The notes under the pieces: model-generated
What the model was told of the DNA's origin: nothing
Seen by the model: the letters and a program-made list of their open reading frames with translations, nothing else
Database searches by the model: none
Program-made: the position numbers and the translations under genes
Part shown: positions 16,756-24,989 of the stretch, piece after piece
Numbering within the stretch: position 1 is the first letter of the stretch
How the letters are laid out: every line of letters begins with the position of its first letter
From: an uncultured Anaerolineales bacterium
GTDB lineage: Bacteria; Chloroflexota; Anaerolineae; Anaerolineales; UBA6663
NCBI GenBank assembly: GCA_964449185.1
Contig: CAYUYN010000001.1
Span: 13,212-46,936 of the forward strand
DNA: 33,725 nt
Reading direction: 5' to 3'

Positions 16756-17505
16756 CTAGGTACCGTTCTGGCTTTGAGACCGCTGCGCGCCGTCGAGCAT
16801 GCGTACGCGCCCTTCGATGCCGTGCCAGTGCTGCGCCATCGCCGCCTGCAGCTCCGCAACGTCGCGGGCCTTAAGCGATGCCACGATTTCAACGTGGCGC
16901 TGATATGTGGCGGAGGGGTTGGCGGGCTCGGGCATCGCCACGCGTGCCTGGGCCTCGCGGTAAATGGCCCAGAAAACATCCAGAATCTTGCTCAGGACGC
17001 TGTTGCCAACGTTTTCGTACAGTAGTTGGTGAAATTCCTGGTCGTAATCCGCGACGTAACGACCTTGTTCCGCCACCGCGCGCATGCGTTCCAGCACGCT
17101 CTCCAGCCGCCGAATCTGATCATCCGTCACCACTTCCACAACCCGGTCCGCCATGCCATACTCGATGCGGTGGCGCACCTCCAGGATGTCGATAAGCTGT
17201 TTCAGGTCGAACTGCATGCCGTAGGCCAGATTGTCGAGAATAGAGTCAAACGAGAAGGCGCGCACGAAAAGGCCCGCCCCGGCGCGCGCCTCCAAGATTC
17301 CAACCGCCTCCAGGGCTTTGACGGCTTCCCTGAGCGAGTTGCGGCTGATGTTCAGTTGCTGAGCCAGCTCTGCTTCAGCGGGCAAGGGGTCCCCGGACTT
17401 CAACGAGTTTCCGACAATATAGGCTTTAATTTCTTCCTGGGCGGTTTGATGCAGCAACTGCTTGCGCTTGACTGCTTGGAGAGAGTGGACGGGTTTGATG
17501 GTCAT
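16756..17505 (-). CDS. GntR-family transcriptional regulator, FadR subfamily (winged HTH plus FCD domain)
   Basis: The start at the ATG at 17505 gives MTIKPVHS... The HTH reads LPAEAELAQQLNISRNSLREAVKALEAVGILEARAGAGLFV. The all-helical C-terminal domain is typical of FCD. It sits at the pivot between the divergent operons. Confidence 0.88.
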   Translation of the reverse strand: MTIKPVHSLQAVKRKQLLHQTAQEEIKAYIVGNSLKSGDPLPAEAELAQQLNISRNSLREAVKALEAVGILEARAGAGLFVRAFSFDSILDNLAYGMQFDLKQLIDILEVRHRIEYGMADRVVEVVTDDQIRRLESVLERMRAVAEQGRYVADYDQEFHQLLYENVGNSVLSKILDVFWAIYREAQARVAMPEPANPSATYQRHVEIVASLKARDVAELQAAMAQHWHGIEGRVRMLDGAQRSQSQNGT

Positions 17506-17612
17506 GACTAGTACCAAACGAACCGCATAGCGTGTTGCCGGTTGCGTCTTAGAGTCCTGGGCAGGCACTAAACAGCGTTAGGTTGGTGAGAAAGATGCAT
17601 CCGATTCAAGCT

Positions 17613-17641
17613 AAGATATCCCATATTAGGATATTTGTCAA
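17613..17641 (-). promoter_or_regulatory. Candidate sigma-70-type promoter directed leftward (gntR and possibly the minus-strand array)
   Basis: On the minus strand, TTGACA is the complement of 17636-17641. A 17-nt spacer follows, then TATCTT (complement of 17613-17618). It lies in the only AT-rich stretch of the window. Confidence 0.45.
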
Positions 17642-17648
17642 TTGACAA
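17635..17648. promoter_or_regulatory. Perfect 14-bp palindrome TTGTCAATTGACAA (candidate GntR/FadR operator overlapping both -35 boxes)
   Basis: This is a perfect inverted repeat. It fits the generic GntR-family operator form (GT-Nx-AC). It is built from two abutting, back-to-back TTGACA hexamers. Confidence 0.55.
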
Positions 17649-17671
17649 GGCGTGATGTCATAGGATATCAT
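17642..17671 (+). promoter_or_regulatory. Candidate sigma-70-type promoter directed rightward (P450 operon)
   Basis: TTGACA lies at 17642-17647. An 18-nt spacer follows, then TATCAT at 17666-17671 (5 of 6 matches to TATAAT). It is ~70 nt upstream of the P450 start. Confidence 0.5.
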
Positions 17672-17742
17672 ATATCTAATAACACAACAACACAAATTTT
17701 TCAAAATCGATGGTCTTTTACGGTGACGAGAGAGGCCAGATC

Positions 17743-18984
17743 ATGGTCCAGCCAGGCCACATCACGCACGACCCGTACGCAATCGGCAGCCGCGCCATGC
17801 TGCTCAACCCGTACCAGGTTTATCAACAGCTGCGGACTGAAGCGCCTGTCTACTGGTCCGAAGCGTGGAACGGCTGGGTCCTTACCCGCTACAAAGACGT
17901 TCAGGCCGTCTTGGGCGACGAACGCTTCTCCTCCGCGCGGACGTCGTCCGTGCTGAGCCAGCTGTCCGAGACCCAACGAGCCCAGCTGCCGGACCTCGAC
18001 CAATACATGTCGCTTTGGATTGGTTTCATCGACAAGCCCGAACACACGCGGCTGCGCGCCATTGCCGCCCAGGCGCTGGCGCCGCGCTTGTTCGAAGCCA
18101 TGCGGCCGCGCATCCAGGCGGTCACCGACCGCCTCATTGATCAAGTGCGGGCCAGCGGCCAACTGGACGCTATTGGGGATTTGGCCTACCGGCTGCCAGC
18201 GACCGTCATCGCCGACCTGATCGGCATTCCAGAAGAGCACCGTGCCCGTTTCAAAGCTTGTTCCGACCAGTTCGTGGCCTTTGCCGGACCCAGCCGCGTT
18301 GACTTCGAAAAGGCCCGCCAGGCTCAGGACGGCCTGCGGGCGATTATCGAAATTTTGCGGCCGGTCTACGCCGAGCGGTGCCGGGCGCCGCAAGCCGACA
18401 TCATGAGCGTTTTGATGCAGTGCGAGGTGAATGGCGGCTTGCTGAACGAGATGGAGGTGCTGATCCTGTGCACAGCGCTGGCCATTGGCGGGCACGAAAC
18501 CACCACCAACCTGATCGGGAACGGTCTACTGGCGCTTCTGCGCCACCCGGACCAGTTGGAAAAGCTGAGGTCTCAGCCGGAATTGATTGTGACGGCGGTG
18601 GAGGAATTACTGCGCTTCGAACCGCCGCTGCAGCGCGTCCTGCGAACCGCCAACACCGACGTCGAATTTGGCGGGCAGCAGATCCGCCAGCGGCAGTTCG
18701 TGTTGGCCATGGTCGCCGCGGCCAACCGAGATCCGGAGATTTTTACCGATCCTGAGCGCCTGGACGTCGAGCGCCAAGAGAACCGCCATCTCAGCTTTGG
18801 GCAGGGCTCCCGCTTTTGCCTTGGGGCGCAACTGGCGCGCATCGAAGGCCAGGTCGCCATCAGCACGCTGCTGCGCCGTTTGCCGGGCCTACGGCTGACC
18901 GGCTCGGAAGCCAACTGGCATGAGAACATGGGCTTCCGCGGTCTCAAAACCCTGCCACTGGCTTTTAGTGCGACGCTTCAATAA
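17743..18984 (+). CDS. Cytochrome P450 monooxygenase
   Basis: It has the heme-thiolate loop FGQGSRFCLGAQLA, the EELLR (ExxR) motif and the I-helix AIGGHETT. I prefer the ATG at 17743, with GAGAGAGG upstream. The ATG at 17710 is an alternative start. Confidence 0.92.
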   Translation: MVQPGHITHDPYAIGSRAMLLNPYQVYQQLRTEAPVYWSEAWNGWVLTRYKDVQAVLGDERFSSARTSSVLSQLSETQRAQLPDLDQYMSLWIGFIDKPEHTRLRAIAAQALAPRLFEAMRPRIQAVTDRLIDQVRASGQLDAIGDLAYRLPATVIADLIGIPEEHRARFKACSDQFVAFAGPSRVDFEKARQAQDGLRAIIEILRPVYAERCRAPQADIMSVLMQCEVNGGLLNEMEVLILCTALAIGGHETTTNLIGNGLLALLRHPDQLEKLRSQPELIVTAVEELLRFEPPLQRVLRTANTDVEFGGQQIRQRQFVLAMVAAANRDPEIFTDPERLDVERQENRHLSFGQGSRFCLGAQLARIEGQVAISTLLRRLPGLRLTGSEANWHENMGFRGLKTLPLAFSATLQ

Positions 18985-19017
18985 CGGCATTCATTTTTCA
19001 GCCCAGTAAGGTGACTC

Positions 19018-19779
19018 GTGCAAACTAACATAACCAAGGCCAAACTAAAGGCGGGCGAAACGGTGTTTGGCTGCTTCGTGCGCTACCCGGACGCCAGCCT
19101 GGCCGAAGTGCTGGCCTACTCGCCGTGGGACTTCCTGGTGTTCGACGGTGAACACGGGACGCTCGAGCCGCGCGACTGTGAGAACATGGTGCGCGCCGCC
19201 GAGCTGCGCGGCGTGACCCCCATCGTGCGCGTTACGACCAACCAGCCGTCGGTCATCCTGCGCCTGATGGATACGGGTGCCGGCGGCCTGCACGTGCCAT
19301 GGGTTAACTCCGCCGCCGAAGCCGAGGCCGTTGTCCGCTCGGTGAAGTATCATCCGCGGGGCATGCGCGGTCTGGCCGGCGTCCGCGCCGCCAACTACGG
19401 GCAGACTATTTCCTTTGGTGAGTATGTGGAGCAGGCCAATCGTGAGACTCTGGTGGTCATTCACATAGAAACGGCCGAAGCCGTCGATTGCTTGCCGGAA
19501 ATCGCGGCGACCGATGGCGTCGACGTGATTTTCATCGGGCCCACCGATCTTTCGCAATCATATGGCGTGCCTGGCCAGCCGCAGCATCCCCTGGTCCAGT
19601 CCGCCATCGACCGCATTGTCGACGTGGTGGCCCAGTCGAACGCGGCCCTCGGCATCATGGTGGGCAACGCCCAGGCCGCGCGCCATTGGCGAGAGCGCGG
19701 TGCGCGCTACATTACGATTGGGTTGGAATCAATCCTCATGCCCGCCATGCGTGATTACCTGACAGCCGCGCGGGCCTGA
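19018..19779 (+). CDS. HpcH/HpaI family aldolase, paralogue 2
   Basis: 253 aa with a GTG start. Family motifs are DFLVFDGEHG, VRVTTNQP, GAGGLHVPWV and IETAEAVDCLPEI. Confidence 0.85.
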   Translation: MQTNITKAKLKAGETVFGCFVRYPDASLAEVLAYSPWDFLVFDGEHGTLEPRDCENMVRAAELRGVTPIVRVTTNQPSVILRLMDTGAGGLHVPWVNSAAEAEAVVRSVKYHPRGMRGLAGVRAANYGQTISFGEYVEQANRETLVVIHIETAEAVDCLPEIAATDGVDVIFIGPTDLSQSYGVPGQPQHPLVQSAIDRIVDVVAQSNAALGIMVGNAQAARHWRERGARYITIGLESILMPAMRDYLTAARA

Positions 19780-19825
19780 CGCGGTTTGACAGCGGAGAGC
19801 GCCAAGCGCGAAGGGATCAGTCGCA

Positions 19826-21244
19826 ATGGAAATGTACCTCAATGGCCAATGGAGACAGTCGGCGGAGCGCATGCCTATCAGCTCGCCCTACACGGGTGAA
19901 ATAGTTGACACCGTACCCGTGGCTGACGCCGACGATGTGGAGCAGGCGCTGGCGGCGGCCGTGGAAGGGGCGGCGGCGATGGCGCGACTGACCGCCTACG
20001 AGCGTACTCAGATCCTGCACCGCGCGGCTGACCTCCTGGCGGCCAAGGTGGAAGACATTGCCCAGACCATCAGCCGCGAACAGGGTAAGCCGATTACCGA
20101 AGCGCGCGGCGAAGCCAGCCGCACGCCGGACTTTCTGCGCCTGTGCGCCTTTGAAGGCGCGCAATTGCGCGGTGAAACCCTGCCGCTCGATGCGCACGTG
20201 GGCACCAAGGGCAAGCTCGGCTTTACGCTGCGCCAGCCGTGCGGCGTCGTCCTGGCCATTACGCCGTTCAACTATCCGCTGCTGTTGGTGCTGCACAAGG
20301 TTGGCCCGGCCCTGGGCGCCGGCAACGCGGTGATCCTTAAGCCCGCCAATACCACGCCCCTGACGGCGCTAAAACTCACCCAGATCTTCTTGGAAGCGGG
20401 TCTGCCTGCCAATGGGCTGCAGTGCCTCACCGGCTCCGGGGCCTTCTTGGGGCCGCTCTTGTGCGCCGATGCGCGCGTGCGCAAGATCACGTTTACGGGC
20501 AGCACCGAGGTAGGGGAGCAGATTACGCGGGTGGCCGGTGTGAAGAAGCTTTCGCTGGAGCTGGGCTCGAACGCCCCCCTGATTGTGCTGCCCGATGCCG
20601 ACCTGGACGCGGTGGCGGCCGCGACTGCCATTGGCGGGTACGTCAATGCCGGGCAGGTCTGCATTTCAACCCAGCGCGTGCTCGTGCAGCAGCGGGTGTA
20701 TGCCGATTTCATCGACGCGCTCAAGCCGCGGGTGGAAGCCATCCAGGTGGGCGACCCGCTGGCAGCGGGCACGCAGCTCAGCGCCATGATCAGTGAGACC
20801 GAGGCCCAACGCGTGGAAGCCTGGATAAACGAAGCAGTGCTGGCGGGCGCCCGCGTGGTGACCGGCGGGCAGCGGCACGGCGCGGTCTTTGCCCCGACTA
20901 TCGTGGCGGACGTCAAGCCATCCATGCGGATTTCGCGCGATGAGATTTTTGGCCCCGCCGTCGCCGTCACGCCGGTGGACAGCCTGGACGACGCGCTGCA
21001 GCACGCCAACGACAGCCGCTATGGCTTGAGCGCCGGCATCTTCACGCGCAACATCGCCGACGCCATGCGCTTTGCGCGAGAAGCCGAGTCCGGCAACGTC
21101 CACATCAACTGGACCCCCCTCTGGCGCGCCGACTTTATGCCCTACGGGGGCTTCAAGGGCAGCGGCATCGGCAAAGAGGGCCCGCGCTACGCCGTTGAAG
21201 AGATGACCGAGCTGAAGACGGTGGTGATTCACGGGCTGGCGTAG
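19826..21244 (+). CDS. NAD(P)+-dependent aldehyde dehydrogenase (lactaldehyde/semialdehyde dehydrogenase-like)
   Basis: 472 aa. It has LELGSNAP (the catalytic Glu region), the catalytic Cys in NAGQVCISTQR, ITFTGST and PFNYP motifs. Confidence 0.9.
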   Translation: MEMYLNGQWRQSAERMPISSPYTGEIVDTVPVADADDVEQALAAAVEGAAAMARLTAYERTQILHRAADLLAAKVEDIAQTISREQGKPITEARGEASRTPDFLRLCAFEGAQLRGETLPLDAHVGTKGKLGFTLRQPCGVVLAITPFNYPLLLVLHKVGPALGAGNAVILKPANTTPLTALKLTQIFLEAGLPANGLQCLTGSGAFLGPLLCADARVRKITFTGSTEVGEQITRVAGVKKLSLELGSNAPLIVLPDADLDAVAAATAIGGYVNAGQVCISTQRVLVQQRVYADFIDALKPRVEAIQVGDPLAAGTQLSAMISETEAQRVEAWINEAVLAGARVVTGGQRHGAVFAPTIVADVKPSMRISRDEIFGPAVAVTPVDSLDDALQHANDSRYGLSAGIFTRNIADAMRFAREAESGNVHINWTPLWRADFMPYGGFKGSGIGKEGPRYAVEEMTELKTVVIHGLA

Positions 21245-21257
21245 AAACGAGGCGCAC

Positions 21258-22049
21258 ATGCGGGGCAATCGGGTCAAACAAAAGCTGCAGGCCGGCCAGG
21301 TGGCCACCGTCGTCGGCGGGTCGATTACCACGCCCGACATCATCGACTTCATGGGGCCGCTAGGCTTCGACGGTTTTTGGCTCGAAGGCGAGCATGGCCC
21401 GGTCGATTGGGGCGCCATTGGCGATCTGTCGCGCGCCTGTGATCTCTGGAATATGGCTTCCATCATGCGGGTGCAAGCTAACGAGCCCGGCCTGATCACG
21501 CGCACGATCGATCGCGGCGTGAGTGGTCTCGTGGTGCCGCACGTGAACACCCGCGCCGAGGCCGAGCGGGTGGTGCAGGCCGCCCGCTTTCATCCGCAGG
21601 GCAAGCGGGGCATTTATCCCAGCCGGCGCTTCTACGGCGACCCCAAGTATTTTGAGACGGCCAACGACGAAGTCCTGGTCGTCATCTTGATCGAGGAAGT
21701 TGAGGCCGTCGAGAACCTGGCTGAAATCCTGAAGGTCGAGCACATCGACGTATTCTTTGTCGCTCCGGGAGATCTGTCCCAATCCATGGGCCTGCCGATG
21801 CAGATGGACCACCCCGACGTGGTTGCGGTCGTCGGGTCCGCCATCCAGCAGATTGTGGCGGCGGGCCGCGTGGCGGGCGCGCTGGCTTTTGACCACAATC
21901 TGGACCGGTATTTGAGCTTGGGCGCTCGTTTCCTGTTCACGGTCTTTGATGCGTGGATCGCCGCCGGTGCCGTGGCCTACCTGGAGCGCCTAGCCGCGCT
22001 GCAGCGGGTTGAGCCCAACGAGGGGCCGGCCGCGTCCCAGCCTGGCTGA
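21258..22049 (+). CDS. HpcH/HpaI family aldolase, paralogue 3
   Basis: 263 aa. Family motifs are DGFWLEGEHGP, MRVQANEP, GVSGLVVPHV and IEEVEAVENLAEI. It starts 13 nt after the ALDH stop. Confidence 0.85.
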   Translation: MRGNRVKQKLQAGQVATVVGGSITTPDIIDFMGPLGFDGFWLEGEHGPVDWGAIGDLSRACDLWNMASIMRVQANEPGLITRTIDRGVSGLVVPHVNTRAEAERVVQAARFHPQGKRGIYPSRRFYGDPKYFETANDEVLVVILIEEVEAVENLAEILKVEHIDVFFVAPGDLSQSMGLPMQMDHPDVVAVVGSAIQQIVAAGRVAGALAFDHNLDRYLSLGARFLFTVFDAWIAAGAVAYLERLAALQRVEPNEGPAASQPG

Positions 22050-22100
22050 CTGGCAGGGTCTTGATACAGCGTATCTGCCAACCGAAAGGAACACCGGAAG

Positions 22101-23996
22101 ATGTCTGCTTCGTCCAAATCGACCCACCTCCGCCTGACGATGGCCCAAGCGCTGGTGAAGTACCTCCAGGTACAGTACAGCGAGCGGGACGGCCAACAAC
22201 GCCGCCTGATTCCCGCGGTCTTCGGCATTTTCGGGCATGGCAACGTCGCCGGATTGGGGCAGGCGCTTTTTGAATACGGGCAGGACCTGCCTTACTTTCA
22301 ACCCTGCAATGAGCAGTCGATGGTGCATACCGCCATTGGGTTCGCCAAGGCCAATCTGCGCACCGCCACCCTGGCCTGCGCCGCCTCCATTGGCCCGGGG
22401 TCGACCAACATGCTCACCGGGGCCGCCACGGCGACTGTCAATCGACTCCCCGTTTTGCTGCTGCCCGCCGATTACTACGCCACGCGCCACCAGGGACCGG
22501 TGCTACAGCAGATCGAGCATCCCGTCTCGGCCGACGTGAGCGTCAACGACGCTTTTCGGCCGCTCAGCCGCTTCTTCGACCGCCTGACCCGCCCGGAGCA
22601 TCTGTTGACCGCTCTGCCGGAGGCCATGCGGGTCCTGACGGACCCGGTCGAGACAGGCGCCGTGACCCTATCGCTGCCGCAAGATATTCAGGCGCACGCC
22701 TACGATTACCCGGCCCACTTCTTTGAGAAACGCGTGTGGCGCATCGAGCGGCGGTTGCCCGATCCGCAGCGGATCGAGGAGGCGGTGGCCTGGCTGAGGG
22801 CGGCCAAGCGTCCCGCCATCATCGCCGGGGGCGGCGTCCACTATGCGCAGGCCTGGGACGAGCTGGAGCAGTTGGCCAACGTCTGCGGCATTCCCGTGGG
22901 CGAGACGATGGCCGGCAAGGGCTCGCTGCGGCATGCCTCGCCGCTGCTGCTCGGCGGATTTGGCGTTACCGGCAACCCGGCCGCCGGCCGGATCATCAGC
23001 CAGGCGGACCTCGTCATCGGCATTGGCACCCGCCTCACAGATTTCTCGACAGGCTCGATGTCGGCCTTTCAGCACCCGGACGTTAAGTTCCTTAACCTGA
23101 ACATTGTCGGGCACGACGCCTACAAGATGGGCGCGCTCCCCATTGTGGCCGATGCGCGCGAAAGCCTGCGGGCGCTGCTGGCCGCGGCCCAGGCCGCGGG
23201 CCTCGGTCCCGATGCCACTTACGTGCGTGAAATCGAAGAGGCCAACGCGGCCTGGGCCGCGCAGCTGCGCGCCGAAGTGTCCGTGCCGAAACAGGGCGAG
23301 ATTATGAACCAGGGCCAGTTGATCGGCATGATCAATGCCCAGGCGCAAGCCGGCGACACGATTGTCGCCGCTGCCGGCGGGTCGCCCGGCGATCTGCACG
23401 AGATTTGGGACGCGACCGGCGGACGCAACTGCCACCTTGAGTTTGGCTTCTCCTGCATGGGTTATGAGATCCCGGCTGGTTTGGGCGTGCGGCTGGCGCA
23501 GCCCACCGGTGAGGTCTATGTGCTCATTGGCGACGGCACGTACCTGATGAACCCCACGGAGCTGGTGACCGCTCTGCAGGAAAGGCTCAAGATCATCGTG
23601 GTCATCTCGCAAAACCATGGCTATCAAGTGATCCGGCGCCTCCAGATGGCCCGTGCGGGCCGCAGTTTTGGTACCGAGTTCCGCGAGCGTGACGCCGCCT
23701 CCAATCGCCTGGAAGGTGCTTATCTGCCGATCGATTTGGTCAAGAACGCCGAAAGCATGGGCGCGAAAACCTGGCATGCATTCACACCCGACGAGGTGCG
23801 CCAGGCGCTGCAGGAGGCGCGGGGCGAGACCGGCGCCTGTGTTATTGTGGCCGAGACCGAAAAGCATCGCTATTTGCCGGGGGGCGGCATCTGGTGGGAC
23901 GTGGCCTCGGCGGAGGTATCGGGCGACGGTGTGACACAAGAGCTGCGGGCGGCCTACGAGGAAGAACGCCAGCGTCTGCAGCGTCTGTACTACTGA
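22101..23996 (+). CDS. iolD: 3D-(3,5/4)-trihydroxycyclohexane-1,2-dione acylhydrolase (ThDP-dependent, decyclizing)
   Basis: 631 aa. The N-terminus LRLTMAQALVKYLQVQY...IFGHGNVAGLGQAL...NEQSMVHTAIGFAK...GPGSTNMLTGAATATVNRLPVLLLPADYYATRHQGPVLQQIEH runs collinear with my recollection of Bacillus subtilis IolD (LTTAQALIKFL..IFGHGNV.G.GQAL..NEQGMAH.A..PADTFATRQPDPVLQQ.E). A ThDP GDG motif (LIGDGTYLMN) is present. Confidence 0.9.
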   Translation: MSASSKSTHLRLTMAQALVKYLQVQYSERDGQQRRLIPAVFGIFGHGNVAGLGQALFEYGQDLPYFQPCNEQSMVHTAIGFAKANLRTATLACAASIGPGSTNMLTGAATATVNRLPVLLLPADYYATRHQGPVLQQIEHPVSADVSVNDAFRPLSRFFDRLTRPEHLLTALPEAMRVLTDPVETGAVTLSLPQDIQAHAYDYPAHFFEKRVWRIERRLPDPQRIEEAVAWLRAAKRPAIIAGGGVHYAQAWDELEQLANVCGIPVGETMAGKGSLRHASPLLLGGFGVTGNPAAGRIISQADLVIGIGTRLTDFSTGSMSAFQHPDVKFLNLNIVGHDAYKMGALPIVADARESLRALLAAAQAAGLGPDATYVREIEEANAAWAAQLRAEVSVPKQGEIMNQGQLIGMINAQAQAGDTIVAAAGGSPGDLHEIWDATGGRNCHLEFGFSCMGYEIPAGLGVRLAQPTGEVYVLIGDGTYLMNPTELVTALQERLKIIVVISQNHGYQVIRRLQMARAGRSFGTEFRERDAASNRLEGAYLPIDLVKNAESMGAKTWHAFTPDEVRQALQEARGETGACVIVAETEKHRYLPGGGIWWDVASAEVSGDGVTQELRAAYEEERQRLQRLYY

Positions 23997-24104
23997 TTGC
24001 CCTGGCTCTGTGATGCAGGAGTGCCGGCGCCTCGATCCGGCACCGGCACCCATTGTCTACAACCTGGCTCGGCCCAAGTTTCCACCCATGCGAGGAGTCT
24101 CACG

Positions 24105-24989
24105 ATGAATGTTACCGTCGGCAGCGCGCCGGACAACTGGGGAGTCTGGTTTCCGAGCGACCCGGAACAAACGCCCTGGAATCGGTTCCTGGATGAGCTG
24201 TGCGAGGCGGGCTTTGAGTGGACAGAGCTGGGGCCATACGGTTATTTACCGACCGACACTTCTGTCCTGCGCCAGGAGCTAAGCCAGCGTGGGATTAAGG
24301 TGACAGGCACCTTTGCTATGGCTGACCTGGCGGATCCGGCCCAATGGCAGGCGCTGGAGCGGCAAGTCCTGGGGGCTGGCGAAGTGCTGGCCGCCCTGGG
24401 CGCCAAGTTCTTAGTGCTCATTGACGGCATCTACACCAATGTGTTTACCGGGGAGTTTCTCACTGCAGCGGAGCTGAACGAAAGCGGTTGGAAGCGGCTG
24501 ATTGAAACGACTCACAAGGTGGCCGACATCGCGCAGAGCCGTTTTGGCCTGCAGACCGTCTTCCACCCGCATGCTGAGACGCACGTCGAGTACGAGGCGC
24601 AAATCGAGCGCTTCTTGGCCGACACGGAGCCGCACATCAAACTGTGTCTGGACACCGGGCACCACGTTTATCGCGGCGGCGACGCCGTGCGCTTCATGCG
24701 CAAGCATCATGCGCGGATACCCTATCTGCACATCAAAAGTGTCGATCCGGTGGTGCGGGCCAAGGTGCAGGAGGCGCGCATCCCCTTTGGCGTCGCCGTG
24801 GGCCAGGATATGTTCTGCGAGCTCTCACGCGGCGCGGTCGATTTTGCTGCTTTCCGCGACGTCTTGCAGGACATCAATTATCAAGGCTGGGCCATTGTCG
24901 AACAAGACATGTACCCGGCGCCGTTTGACAAGCCACTGCCGATCGCGCGTCGCAACCGGCAATATCTGCGGGAGATTGGCATTGGCTAG
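24105..24989 (+). CDS. Xylose-isomerase-like TIM-barrel protein (sugar phosphate isomerase/epimerase family; IolE/MocC-like)
   Basis: The start at the ATG at 24105 has GAGGAG upstream. MNVTVGSAPDNWGVWF...[11 protein letters not shown]...HPHAETHVEY...EQD are typical of AP-endonuclease-2/xylose-isomerase-like barrels. It is a paralogue of 29908-30792. The exact activity (dehydratase versus isomerase) is not assignable. Confidence 0.8.
   Translation: MNVTVGSAPDNWGVWFPSDPEQTPWNRFLDELCEAGFEWTELGPYGYLPTDTSVLRQELSQRGIKVTGTFAMADLADPAQWQALERQVLGAGEVLAALGAKFLVLIDGIYTNVFTGEFLTAAELNESGWKRLIETTHKVADIAQSRFGLQTVFHPHAETHVEYEAQIERFLADTEPHIKLCLDTGHHVYRGGDAVRFMRKHHARIPYLHIKSVDPVVRAKVQEARIPFGVAVGQDMFCELSRGAVDFAAFRDVLQDINYQGWAIVEQDMYPAPFDKPLPIARRNRQYLREIGIG

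Noticed and set aside
24021-24043. Small stem-loop GTGCCGG-N9-CCGGCAC between iolD and the TIM-barrel gene
   Set aside because: It has only a 7-bp stem and no T-tract, in GC-rich DNA where such pairings arise by chance. It is not reported as a terminator or regulatory feature.
22668-24053. 461-aa minus-strand ORF opposite iolD
   Set aside because: It is antisense to a confidently identified IolD. Its composition is dominated by Arg/Gly/Ala/His, and it has no motifs or ribosome site. The same reasoning applies to other long shadow ORFs: 11564-12649, 31125-32030, 6519-7424, 5795-6553, 15703-16461, 14855-15703, 20666-21550, 20272-21009, 30106-30927 and 26435-27172.
24105-24989. Naming the TIM-barrel protein downstream of iolD as iolE (inosose dehydratase)
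   Set aside because: Its N-terminus ([20 protein letters not shown]) does not look like the B. subtilis or rhizobial IolE N-termini I recall. Only the fold family can be supported, so no gene symbol is given.
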